64,000 nt of DNA, taken from the NCBI GenBank assembly GCA_963779755.1, contig CAVZZO010000001.1:160001-224000 (forward strand), in the 5' to 3' direction. The position numbers were made by a program, and so were the translations under genes. Under the pieces are notes generated by a model, which had not been told where the DNA came from, made no database searches, and saw only the letters and a program-made list of their open reading frames with translations. Numbering within the stretch: position 1 is the first letter of the stretch; the number at the start of each line of letters is the position of its first letter. Source of the DNA: an uncultured Gemmatimonadales bacterium. GTDB lineage: Bacteria > Gemmatimonadota > Gemmatimonadetes > Gemmatimonadales > GWC2-71-9. This document shows, in pieces, positions 29,601 through 37,974 of the stretch.

Positions 29601-30090
29601 GCAACCCGACGCATTGCGCAACCTGGTCGCCGATCCGGTCACTGCCGTCCGGCGCGAGGCCGTCCGGGCGCTGGCCCTCAATCCCGGCGCCGCCGATCTG
29701 GCGGCCCTGGCAGAGGACCCGGTGGCGGAGATCCGCACCGAGCTGGCGCGGGTGCTCCCGGCGGCATCCGCGGCGCTGGCAGAACTGCGGCGGGATCCGG
29801 TGGAGGCGGTACGCGCCGCCGCCTGGTACAGCGAATTGGGCCGGGGCGGGAGCACGGAGGTCCCGGCGGACGTGTCGCGGGAGGCCCTGGTGGCCGAGGT
29901 CCGCGCCATCGCCGTGCTGGCCGATCTGGTGCGCATCGCCCGGTCGGATCCTGACACGGACCGGCGGCGCGCCGCCGGAGTCGGGCTGGCCCTGCTCCAG
30001 GATCCGGCCGCGCGGCAGGTAGCCTCCGAAGACCCGGCGCCCACGGTGCGGGATGCCGTGCGGCGGTGGCTCGAGGCGGGCCCGGCCTGA
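26611..30090 (+). CDS. Membrane-anchored large HEAT/PBS-lyase repeat protein
   Basis: N-terminal TM helix and more than 20 L.D....VR..A..ALG repeats. GTGA overlap with the upstream gene. Confidence 0.92.
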   Translation: MSFLDVILVAAAAIAAIAIIAVLTWLLYTSYLNRLEHRLAVRKGFYRDTVAGMAARDRALLEPVLHQISTYRDFEALEAVLEEQARGATERPAWLLDTYDRLGLVDKYIRQVREGRRWRERAFAAELLGRVGNAKAVGPLLETVQATRAEDADVREIALRALARIADPRAVPPLAEALRRAEVWLAPRIADILARHGEVVVDPMIAFLEERSQHPARAWAANILGEVRAVRAFPTLVRALDDLDDEVRAKSATALGKLHDQRAITYLLDHLLTDPAPFVRARIASALGRFNDPEVIDTLVRALGDPAWWVRMRSVEALEQIGAVAEAPLMLALDDTDPEIRIRAAVALERLGVPNRLIGQIESGTASPEVGEILTKFGLAGARELLAEQLQHPSPLVRRAVIEAIQRAGRRDLAPELTQVARHDDDPSLRAFAFETLRHLGASEAVPTALEGLGDPHRDVRTAAMRLVGDLGEAEVADMIRPRTTDKEPVVRAAAARALGQLHARDAQPELARLLKDPVPEVRAAATDGVADSNGTWGVPELGHLLGDADPAVRSGAARALGRVGDASVLPALLRSFQTGTPELREVIADAVARLDPAALPGLLDVLIAAGDRDSRLGVVRILTGIDTPASLDLLEVVWHDHSPEVRALTVDALARLGSDRAAGLLGQGLQDPDATVRARTADALARLGRAEFGPALRSLLADDPAPRVRERAALAVGALQVPGGEAALLHACRADEPLSVRAAAALAVGAYDQESIVAQVVGMVDEEPVREHLRDCLRDDPGYRVIRERLREARQVELRALGSLNRDQMEASLVEGMRSVLEAGERVRLIGALHAFQGERSRRALLYSVRNDPDPEVRAAALSAVGGMLEAGELVLTARRAVSDPHPAVRRVAVTLFSRVPPEEALPVLIRVVRPGDEDPALLQTIAAHAEQAFDTFVDLTLGLAQSGREGLVVTRVARYIHHAGLRNLLPPLARSAVPEVREGLARLWWQRPELAQPDALRNLVADPVTAVRREAVRALALNPGAADLAALAEDPVAEIRTELARVLPAASAALAELRRDPVEAVRAAAWYSELGRGGSTEVPADVSREALVAEVRAIAVLADLVRIARSDPDTDRRRAAGVGLALLQDPAARQVASEDPAPTVRDAVRRWLEAGPA

Positions 30091-31667
30091 TGACGCGCGA
30101 GGGACTGATCACGGCACTGGCGATTCTGGGGCTCGTCCTCCAGCCGTTCTTTCTTGTCTACTTCCTGCTCTACAATACCTACACCTTGTCGCTGATCGTG
30201 CTGTCCGCGCGCCAGGTGCGGCGGCGCGTCGCGGGTCACTTTATCGAAGACCTCGACCTCATCGACGAGCACGACTCCACTAAGCCGCTTACCATGGTCG
30301 TCCCCGCCTACAACGAGGAAGTGACCATCGTGGATACGGTCACCAACCTGATCCACTGTGACTACCCCCGCTTCGAAGTGGTGGTAGTGAACGACGGATC
30401 GGGGGATCGTACCCTGGACATGCTCAAGCAGGCGTTCCGTCTGCGGCGGACCGACCTGGCCTACCGTGAGGCCATCGGGACCGCCCGGGTGCGCGCCACC
30501 TACGAGGCGACCATCCCGCTGCCGGCCAGCGTCACCAAGGTCGTGGTCATCGACAAGGAAAACGCGGGCAAGGCCGATGCCCTGAACGCCGGCATCAATG
30601 CCTCCACCGCGCCCTACTTCGTGTCCCTCGATGCCGACTCCATCCTGGACCAGCGGGCGCTCAAGGAGCTCATGCGGGTCATCCAGGAGGATCCCCGGGT
30701 GGTGGCGGTGGGAGGCCAGGTCGCCATCGCCAACGGCTGCGCCATCCGCAACGGCCGGGTCGTGAGCGTGGGGCTACCCACCAGCCCGCTCGCCCGCTTC
30801 CAGATGGTGGAGTACCTCCGGTCCTTTACCACCGGGCGCACCGGGCTCGACCGGCTCGACGCCATCCTGATCCTCTCCGGCGTGTTTGCCGTCTTCGAGA
30901 AGGAGACCGTCATCCGGGCCGGCGGCTATCTCACCCCGTTCGTCACGCATCGCATCGTGGAGGAGTACGTCGGCGGGCGCACCGGTACGGTGTGCGAGGA
31001 CATGGAAATCATCGTGCGGCTGCACCGGTTCGTACGCGACAAGCTGCGCGACAAGCGGGTAGCGTTTCTGCCCCATCCCGTGGCCTGGACCGAGGTCCCC
31101 GAACGCCGCGACTCCCTGCGCAAGCAGCGCGGCCGCTGGTATCGGGGCCTGCGCGAGTCGCTGCTCTACCACCGCCGGATGCTGTTCAACCGGAACTTCG
31201 GCCGCATCGGTTTCTTTGCCCTGCCCACCTTCTGGCTCTTCGAATACTGGGGCCCGGTGATCGAGCTGACGGGCTATTGTTTCGTCGCGCTCTTTCTGCT
31301 GGCCGAATTGGTACTGCACCGCAACTTTCTCAACGAAGCCTATGCGGTGGCCTTCTTCCTGGCCTCGCTGGGCTACGGCATTCTGGTGAATCTGCTGGCG
31401 GTGCTGGTGGGCGCCTGGCGCTTCCGTTTCGGCCTGGCCGATCGCATGCAGCGGGGCCTCCTGCCCTTCAGCCGCCGCCGCGATGTGATGATCCTGCTGC
31501 TCTACGCCGTGCTGGAGAACATCCCGTTCTCCTACCGCCACTGGACTCTGTACTGGCGCATGCGCGGCCTGTGGGACGCCTGGCGGGGCAAGACCACCTG
31601 GGAAAAATTCGCCCGCGTCGGGTTCCGCACCGCCCCCGGCGCGGCGCCGGGCAGCGTCCATGGCTGA
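30090..31667 (+). CDS. Processive GT2 glycosyltransferase (PgaC/IcaA-like)
   Basis: VPAYNEE, NDGS, GKADALN, DAD, ED and QRGRW (D,D,D,QxxRW) motifs; flanking TM helices. Confidence 0.93.
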   Translation: MTREGLITALAILGLVLQPFFLVYFLLYNTYTLSLIVLSARQVRRRVAGHFIEDLDLIDEHDSTKPLTMVVPAYNEEVTIVDTVTNLIHCDYPRFEVVVVNDGSGDRTLDMLKQAFRLRRTDLAYREAIGTARVRATYEATIPLPASVTKVVVIDKENAGKADALNAGINASTAPYFVSLDADSILDQRALKELMRVIQEDPRVVAVGGQVAIANGCAIRNGRVVSVGLPTSPLARFQMVEYLRSFTTGRTGLDRLDAILILSGVFAVFEKETVIRAGGYLTPFVTHRIVEEYVGGRTGTVCEDMEIIVRLHRFVRDKLRDKRVAFLPHPVAWTEVPERRDSLRKQRGRWYRGLRESLLYHRRMLFNRNFGRIGFFALPTFWLFEYWGPVIELTGYCFVALFLLAELVLHRNFLNEAYAVAFFLASLGYGILVNLLAVLVGAWRFRFGLADRMQRGLLPFSRRRDVMILLLYAVLENIPFSYRHWTLYWRMRGLWDAWRGKTTWEKFARVGFRTAPGAAPGSVHG

Positions 31668-32700
31668 AGCGGGAAAGCCGCACGTCCTGATCGTCGACGA
31701 CGATCCGGCCATGGCCAACCTGCTGCGCCAGATCCTCGCCGCGGAAGGATACGACTCGCCGGAATGGGCCGATACCGGCCGCGCGGCGCTGGCCCTGGAC
31801 TCCTCCGCCGATATCGTCCTGCTCGATCATCAGCTCCCCGACACCACCGGCCTCGAGCTGCTGGAAACTCTGCGGCACGGGCCGGGACACCCTTCGATCA
31901 TCATGGTGACCGGACACGGCGATGAAATGCTGGCCTCGCTCGCCCTCCGTCGCGGCGCCGACGACTATCTGATCAAGGACGCCTCACTCCCCCGGCTGCT
32001 GCCCCAGATCCTCGAACGGGTTCGCCGCATGCGGGCCTTGCGCGACGCGCTGGCGGCCGCCGAGCGCGACCTGGTCAACGCCGAACGGCTCGCCGCCATC
32101 GGCCAGATGACGGTCACCCTGCATCATGAGCTCAACAACCCGCTCATGGCGGCGGGAGCAGCGGTCGATCTTCTGCTGCGCCAGGCCGGCGGTCTGTCGG
32201 CGATACAGCGCGAGTCGCTGGAGACGCTGCGCGACGCCTTGCACCGTATCGGTGCGACCCTGCGCAGGGCCGGGGAGCTGCACGCCGCCGAGCCGGTGGA
32301 ATACATCGACGGCATTCAGATGATCGCTCTGGGGGAGACTCCCGCTCCCCGGCGGCCAGAGCAGCGGGGCGAGGCAGTGTTATGGATTCCCGATCGCGAC
32401 CTGCAGCGGGTCGTGGCTCTCCTGTTGCGCCACGGCGGGTTCACCATCCGGGAGGTATCCCGGCCCGAGGAGATTCTCCCCACGGCCGGCCGGCTGGGGG
32501 TCACTCTGGTGCTGGCGGCGCCGCCCGCCGGCGCCGGCATCGGCTTCAGCCCGCCCCGCGGCCGCCTCTGGCGGCTGGTGCTGCTCACCGGCCAGGACGA
32601 TGCCGCCGGCCTCCGCGCCGCCGGCGCCGATGCGGTCATGCCCCTGCCGATCGATCCCGGCTCCTTCACCGGGGAGATCCTGCGGGTACTCGATGATTGA
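31660..32700 (+). CDS. Receiver-HisKA-degenerate receiver protein lacking a HATPase domain
   Basis: Receiver, ERLAAIG...HELNNPL H-box, no N/G boxes, receiver-like tail. Confidence 0.8.
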   Translation: MAEAGKPHVLIVDDDPAMANLLRQILAAEGYDSPEWADTGRAALALDSSADIVLLDHQLPDTTGLELLETLRHGPGHPSIIMVTGHGDEMLASLALRRGADDYLIKDASLPRLLPQILERVRRMRALRDALAAAERDLVNAERLAAIGQMTVTLHHELNNPLMAAGAAVDLLLRQAGGLSAIQRESLETLRDALHRIGATLRRAGELHAAEPVEYIDGIQMIALGETPAPRRPEQRGEAVLWIPDRDLQRVVALLLRHGGFTIREVSRPEEILPTAGRLGVTLVLAAPPAGAGIGFSPPRGRLWRLVLLTGQDDAAGLRAAGADAVMPLPIDPGSFTGEILRVLDD

Positions 32701-34209
32701 TCAGTCGGGGCCGGTCGGGGCCGGGCGAGCGGGAGGTTCCGGGGTGCCGATATCCAGCTCCTCCCGGGTGGCGAGGCGGGGCAGCGTCCGGTCCGGCTCG
32801 TGGGCCGGCGAAAATGCGACCACCGCCTCCGCCGGCAGCAGGTGGCGGATGCCATTGGCGTAATACTCCAGCAGAGGTCGCTGCTCCGGCAGCACCAGCA
32901 GGGTCTCCCCCTCGGCCACGACCAGCCGGCGGAGATGGAACATCCGCCAGGCCCGGTCCCAGACGTCCGCGATGGGAATGTCTCCCCGAACCAGCCGCGC
33001 GTTGAGTGAGCGCAGGGTATCGCGCAGGTCGTCCATCCGCTCCAGCAGCCGGGAACGGCTGACGGCGCTGGAGCCGAACGAGAGTAGCGCCGCGGCGGCC
33101 AGCGGCACCGGGGTTACCGGCACGACCGCGCCGATTTCCCGCATCAGCAGTTCGCCCAGCCGTTGCACCCAGGGCAACCGCTCGGCGCGGGGCAGCGCCA
33201 GCACTCCGGCCGGTTGCCGTCCCACCCAGTCCCGGGCGGAGACGGGTGTTCCAAAAGTCACGGCCGCGCGCCCGTAGCGGCGCAGCCGCCCGGTGAGCAG
33301 GCGCGCGAGATTGGTCAGGAGATAGGCCGTGACCGTGGCAAGCTGCCGCGCCCGGCCCGGGAGACGCCCCCCCACGATCCGTTCCCGGATAAGGACACGG
33401 TCCTCCAGCACGCGGTCGTAGTTGATGCCGACGGGAATGAACCAGAGCCCGCGCTGAAAGGCCGGGTCGCGCAGACTGCCCAGCAGATAGTCCAGCAGCC
33501 CCAGCTTGGGCGGCCGCAGCGCGCCGTCGCGCGTGAGGCCGCCCTCCAGGAAGATCCCCTGTGTCACCCCGTTGCGGGTGATGAGCTGGACATACCGCTC
33601 CAGCACCGTGTGGTAGAGCGGTTCGCGGTAGCGCCGCCGCACGAAATAGCTGCCGAAGCTCTTGAAGACATACTCCAGCGGCCACACCCGCGCCCATTCT
33701 CCCACCGCATAGCTGATGCTCACCACCCGTGCCAGCACATAGGCCACGACTACGTAGTCGGCATTACTGCGGTGGTTCATGACGTAGACCACCACGTCCT
33801 CGCGGGGGATCCGCTCCAGCGCCTCGCGGTCTTCGTAGGCAATGGACGAGCGATACAGCAGGTTCAGGACCAGCCGGCTCAGGTTATAGCCCAGCCGGTA
33901 GTAGGAGAGCACGTTGAAGAAGGGGACGATCTCGTCGATATAGCGCACCACCCGGCGGCGAACCGCTTCCGGGGAGGTGCCGCTGGCCCGGGCACGTGCC
34001 GCGATGGCCTCGAGCACGGCGGAGTCGGCCAGCAGCTCGGCCTGGATATGCCGCCGGGCCACCAGCTTGTAGCGGTCCAGCCGGGCCCGGAACTGGCGCA
34101 CCGCGCGGCGGCCCATGCGCCGCAGCCTCCGCCGGAGCAGGCCGAGCGCCAGCAGACCCAGCACCAGGACCGCGCCGCCGGCCGCCAGCCAGCGCCAGGA
34201 ACCGGTCAC
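32701..34209 (-). CDS. Glycerol-3-phosphate acyltransferase (PlsB-like)
   Basis: NHRSNAD (HX4D), G.YF.RR, FLEGG.TRDG and IPV.I.YD motifs. Confidence 0.9.
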   Translation of the reverse strand: MTGSWRWLAAGGAVLVLGLLALGLLRRRLRRMGRRAVRQFRARLDRYKLVARRHIQAELLADSAVLEAIAARARASGTSPEAVRRRVVRYIDEIVPFFNVLSYYRLGYNLSRLVLNLLYRSSIAYEDREALERIPREDVVVYVMNHRSNADYVVVAYVLARVVSISYAVGEWARVWPLEYVFKSFGSYFVRRRYREPLYHTVLERYVQLITRNGVTQGIFLEGGLTRDGALRPPKLGLLDYLLGSLRDPAFQRGLWFIPVGINYDRVLEDRVLIRERIVGGRLPGRARQLATVTAYLLTNLARLLTGRLRRYGRAAVTFGTPVSARDWVGRQPAGVLALPRAERLPWVQRLGELLMREIGAVVPVTPVPLAAAALLSFGSSAVSRSRLLERMDDLRDTLRSLNARLVRGDIPIADVWDRAWRMFHLRRLVVAEGETLLVLPEQRPLLEYYANGIRHLLPAEAVVAFSPAHEPDRTLPRLATREELDIGTPEPPARPAPTGPD

Positions 34210-35243
34210 CCCATGGCGCCCGCGGACGAGTTGAGCGCATTGCGCTTGGCTTCCTGGTAGGCCATGCCGCGCAGCCGCGCGATGCGCACCCGGGTCGGCG
34301 GGTGGGAGGCGAGAATATCGCCCAACCGGCCCTCACGGTCGGCGATGTGCCGGTCGCCCGGGTCCACGATGCAGAGGTGGGCCGCGCCCCGCTTGATTGT
34401 CCGGGTGGGATCCGCCGCCGCCTCGAGCTTGTCCAGCGCCGATGCCAGCGCCATCGGGTTCCGGGTAAACTGCGCGCCGGTGGCATCGGCCAGAAACTCG
34501 CGCTTGCGGCTCACCGCCATGGCCAGGATGCGGGAGATGAGCGGCGCCAGGATCAGCGTGACCAGCCAGAGCGCCAGCACCAGGAGGCCCAGGGGGTTAT
34601 TGCCGCCGCGCCGCCCGCCGGAGCTGCGGCCGCCACTCACCCGGACACCCCCGCGCAACACCCGGCCCAGCCCGTCGTGCATCAGCACGATGGCGCCCAC
34701 CATCGCCGCCAGCAGCGTCATCAGGCGGATGTCCAGATTGCCGATGTGCGCCATCTCATGCGCGATGACGCCCTGCAGCTCATCTCGATTGAGCGTGCGC
34801 AGCAACCCCTCGGTCACCGCGATATTCGCGTGCCCCGCGTCGAGGCCGGTAGCGAAGGCGTTGGGATCGGGATCGGGCACGATCCAGATGCGCGGCCGCG
34901 GCGTGCCCGAGGCGATGGCCATCTCCTCCACTACGTTCACCAGCTGTTGCTGCTCCGGGGTATCGGGAGTGATCAGCTCCCAGGCACCGGTGGACCAGAG
35001 TACCCGGCTGGCGCCCCGCTGCCAGGAATAGAGGCAGACCACGGCGGCCGCCGCGCTCAGTACCAGGCCGATGAAGGGAACGACATGGTGGTACGCACCG
35101 GGGGGCGCGTCGCGAGTCAGCAGATAGGCGGCGAGATCGCCACCAAATCCGACCCAGGCAAAAAAGAGGATAAAGCCGGCGACCAGCCAGACCGACCGGC
35201 GGCGATTGGACTCCTGTTGCGCGAAGAGATTGGGCGCCGTCAC
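34206..35243 (-). CDS. htpX: M48 zinc metalloprotease HtpX
   Basis: PNAFATG, HEMAH, SRKREFLAD and SHPP motifs. Confidence 0.93.
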   Translation of the reverse strand: MTAPNLFAQQESNRRRSVWLVAGFILFFAWVGFGGDLAAYLLTRDAPPGAYHHVVPFIGLVLSAAAAVVCLYSWQRGASRVLWSTGAWELITPDTPEQQQLVNVVEEMAIASGTPRPRIWIVPDPDPNAFATGLDAGHANIAVTEGLLRTLNRDELQGVIAHEMAHIGNLDIRLMTLLAAMVGAIVLMHDGLGRVLRGGVRVSGGRSSGGRRGGNNPLGLLVLALWLVTLILAPLISRILAMAVSRKREFLADATGAQFTRNPMALASALDKLEAAADPTRTIKRGAAHLCIVDPGDRHIADREGRLGDILASHPPTRVRIARLRGMAYQEAKRNALNSSAGAMG

Positions 35244-35812
35244 GCCTGCGGCTTGTTCATGGAGAGATCGACCTGCGGCACCGCCCGCTCGGCCGGCTCG
35301 TCGATTTCCCACAGCTCCGCCGGCGTCGCCCGGGCCATGCCCGCCACCAGATTGGTGGGGAACTGCATCTGCCGGGTGTTGTACTCGGTGGCGACGTCGT
35401 TGTAGAGCTGGCGCGCAAACCCCACCTTGTTCTCCGTGCTGGTGAGCTCTTCCTGCAGCTGCGCGATGTTCCCGGTGGCCTTGAGATCGGGGTAATTCTC
35501 TACCAGGGCAAAGAGCCGCCCCAGCGCCTGGGTCAGCTCACCCTCGGCCCGCGCCGTTTCCTTCACGCCGCTCGCCGCTACCGCCCGGTTCCGGGCGGCG
35601 ATAACCGCTTCCATCGTGTTGCGCTCGAACTGCATGGCGCCCTTCACCGTATTCACCAGGTTGGGAATCAGATCGTGCCGCCGCTTGAGCTGCACGTCGA
35701 TCTGCTTCCAGGCGTTCAGCACCCGGTTCTTCAGCGCGACGAGGACATTGTAGGTACGGATCAGCCAGACCACCAGCAGCGCGAAGGCGGCGAGGAGAAT
35801 GAAGCCGAGCAT
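35240..35812 (-). CDS. lemA: LemA family protein
   Basis: W.QIDVQLKRRHDLIPNLV, ENYPDLKA and YN...FP motifs. Confidence 0.96.
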   Translation of the reverse strand: MLGFILLAAFALLVVWLIRTYNVLVALKNRVLNAWKQIDVQLKRRHDLIPNLVNTVKGAMQFERNTMEAVIAARNRAVAASGVKETARAEGELTQALGRLFALVENYPDLKATGNIAQLQEELTSTENKVGFARQLYNDVATEYNTRQMQFPTNLVAGMARATPAELWEIDEPAERAVPQVDLSMNKPQA

Positions 35813-35878
35813 GTCGATCTCCCGGACTGAGGAAAGGAGTACTGTACCGCAACGGCGCACGCCGGGGGGCGTGGCCGG

Positions 35879-36529
35879 TCAGGCGTCCTCTCCTTCCACC
35901 GCGCGCGCGATCGCGTCCCGAATGGCCTCGGCCAGCGCCTGCTCGCCGGCGGGGCGGTGGAAGAGCGGATGGCGCTCGTCGATCAGCAGCTCGAGTCCGG
36001 CGTCCAGCGGCAGCCGCCGGCAGGTGCTGGGCCGGGCAGGGCTCCCGGTCGCTTCGGCCGGCCGGGCCCAGCCGGCCATCACCCGCCCCACCTTGCCGCG
36101 GGGCACCTCCTGTGGCGGCAGCAGCAGACGGTCCGGCGGGGGGAGGCCTGCGCCCAGCGCGGCAGCCACCCGGCGCTCGACCACATCGCCGCCCTGGTCC
36201 TGGAGGTCGCGGGTAATGGCGCCCAGCGTGGCTCCCTCCATTTGGCGGAGCTTGATCGCCAGCACCTGGAGCAGGTGGCGGTAGGTGTAAATCGCGGCGG
36301 TACCGCGGCCCTCGGGCGGGCTCACCAGCCCCTGGGCTACGTAGAACCGGATGGTTCGTTCGGTGGGCCGGGCACGCGCGGCGGCATTGAGAGGAAACAC
36401 CCCGGAGGCACCGAGGATAGCCCCCGCGAGCGCACTCAGATCGCGCAGGCTCCAGGGCGCCAGCGCCCGGTATTCGCGCAGCACCGTAATGGGATCGGGC
36501 GATGCCGGATTGGGGCGGGCGGCGGTCAT
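35879..36529 (-). CDS. MerR-family HTH regulator
   Basis: RTIRFYVAQGLV.PP.G....A.Y..RHL. Confidence 0.88.
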   Translation of the reverse strand: MTAARPNPASPDPITVLREYRALAPWSLRDLSALAGAILGASGVFPLNAAARARPTERTIRFYVAQGLVSPPEGRGTAAIYTYRHLLQVLAIKLRQMEGATLGAITRDLQDQGGDVVERRVAAALGAGLPPPDRLLLPPQEVPRGKVGRVMAGWARPAEATGSPARPSTCRRLPLDAGLELLIDERHPLFHRPAGEQALAEAIRDAIARAVEGEDA

Positions 36530-36933
36530 GCCGACCCGTTGCTCTGCCGCGGCAGAGACTCGGTCTGCGCCGACAGTACCGTGGCGATCAGCGATTCCAG
36601 TTCCTTGAGGGCAAACGGTTTGGCCAGCATGGGCCGGCGGCGCAGCTCCTCCGGCCATTCATCGCGGCAGTGTTCCGGGTCGCCGCTCATGAATACCACC
36701 CGGCCCCGCAGCCGGGGCCAGCGCCGCACCAGGGCAAGGTACAAGGTATCGCCCGTCATCTGGGGCATGCGGACGTCCAGCAGCACCAGATCCACGTCCG
36801 TCTCCGACAGCAGCTCGTAGGCGGAATCGGCGCCCGAGGCCAGCAGCACTTCGTACCCGCACCACCGGAGCGCCCGGTCCAGGGCGTGCCGGATGCTGGG
36901 CTCGTCATCGATCACCAGCAGCCGCGTGCTCAC
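36526..36933 (-). CDS. Single-domain response regulator
   Basis: IDDE, LDVRMP, MSG and KPF motifs. Confidence 0.92.
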   Translation of the reverse strand: MSTRLLVIDDEPSIRHALDRALRWCGYEVLLASGADSAYELLSETDVDLVLLDVRMPQMTGDTLYLALVRRWPRLRGRVVFMSGDPEHCRDEWPEELRRRPMLAKPFALKELESLIATVLSAQTESLPRQSNGSA

Positions 36934-37721
36934 GATACCGCCTCCCGGGCCTGCTCGAAATAGCGCGACGTCACGATGGCCAGCGCATCCTCGGCCGACA
37001 GGGAGAGGCGCAACTCCCCGGCGGTCAGCCCGAAGACTTCCTTGAGATGCATCTGCAGGCTCCTCGCCTTGCTGTAACCCAGCTTCATCGCCACGTCCTC
37101 TACCGTATAGCCCGGATCCAGCAGCAGCCGGTGCGCGTACAACAGCCGCGCCAGCATCAGTACCACCTTGGGCGACGGCAACCCGCTGCGGGCAAACCAG
37201 CGCTCGCAGGTGCGCCGCTGCAGGCTGGCCCGGTCCGCCAGCGCCGACACGGTGGCGGCATCGGTGGGCGTGTGCAGCATTGCCTCCAGTGCCCAGCGCA
37301 GCTGCGGCGGTAGCCCCTTCAGCAGCCCGACGATGGCCTGAATCACCTTGCGGGAAGCGGTCTGCTCCAGCTCCTCCCGCAGTGCCACCCGCAGGGCCGG
37401 CGGGGAGTCGTCGAACCGGGTGAACACCGCCCGGCGGATCCCGATCCGCCCCAACTCCAGCAGCACCCCCGCCGTATCGGGCGACAGGGTGGTGTAGACC
37501 AGCAGCGGCAGCGAGGGGAAGAGAACCCGAAGCCGTTCGATCTCATGCGTACGGGGCTGCCCGCTGAGCAGCGGGTCGGCCACGACCATCTCGATCGGCT
37601 GGCGCCGGATGATCTCGATCACCTCGGCCCAGGCGGGCACCGTGACGAACGCATAGCGATCGGGCTCCGCAGAGCGCAACCGCTGGACACGATCGTCGGG
37701 AACCGCGGCCAGGAGCAGCAT
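36930..37721 (-). CDS. AraC-family regulator with receiver-like N-terminal domain
   Basis: V..LA......RT..R.F...G...P...L...RL..A..LL.....TVE.VA..LGY double HTH. Confidence 0.88.
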   Translation of the reverse strand: MLLLAAVPDDRVQRLRSAEPDRYAFVTVPAWAEVIEIIRRQPIEMVVADPLLSGQPRTHEIERLRVLFPSLPLLVYTTLSPDTAGVLLELGRIGIRRAVFTRFDDSPPALRVALREELEQTASRKVIQAIVGLLKGLPPQLRWALEAMLHTPTDAATVSALADRASLQRRTCERWFARSGLPSPKVVLMLARLLYAHRLLLDPGYTVEDVAMKLGYSKARSLQMHLKEVFGLTAGELRLSLSAEDALAIVTSRYFEQAREAVS

Positions 37722-37723
37722 CG

Positions 37724-37794
37724 TGTCGCAAAAACGTCCCTTGCTGTCGCGAAACAGGCCTAACAGGAAGTCGGCGTCGCCGCAATTTTGCGGC
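37724..37794. promoter_or_regulatory. Divergent control region with 21-bp-spaced direct repeats and an inverted repeat
   Basis: TGTCGCAAAAAC(37724) and TGTCGCGAAAC(37745); GCCGCAA-TT-TTGCGGC at 37779-37794. Confidence 0.6.
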
Positions 37795-37832
37795 ACCCCT
37801 GACGCCCTCCCTGCCGTTAAAGGAGTCGAGTC

Positions 37833-37973
37833 ATGCTTCTCAGCAAGCGCCTGGTCCTCGCCCTGCTCGTCGTCGCGATGTTCGGCGTGTCCGCCTGCTC
37901 CGACGCTACCGGCCCTCGTCCCGATAGCCAGCCGTGCGAGCAGCAGGGCACGGGTGGCAGAACCTGCCAGTGA
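37833..37973 (+). CDS. 46-aa lipopeptide MLLSKRLVLALLVVAMFGVSACSDATGPRPDSQPCEQQGTGGRTCQ (absent from the ORF track)
   Basis: AAGGAG RBS at 37820; basic n-region, hydrophobic h-region, lipobox VSAC and a C-terminal Cys pair. Confidence 0.85.
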   Translation: MLLSKRLVLALLVVAMFGVSACSDATGPRPDSQPCEQQGTGGRTCQ

Positions 37974-37974
37974 T

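Noticed and set aside
26320..29604. 1094-aa minus-strand ORF, and similar long ORFs (59630-62170, 24005-26233, 47060-48796, 37723-39321)
   Set aside because: Antisense shadows of well-supported genes in high-GC DNA, with no recognisable motifs.
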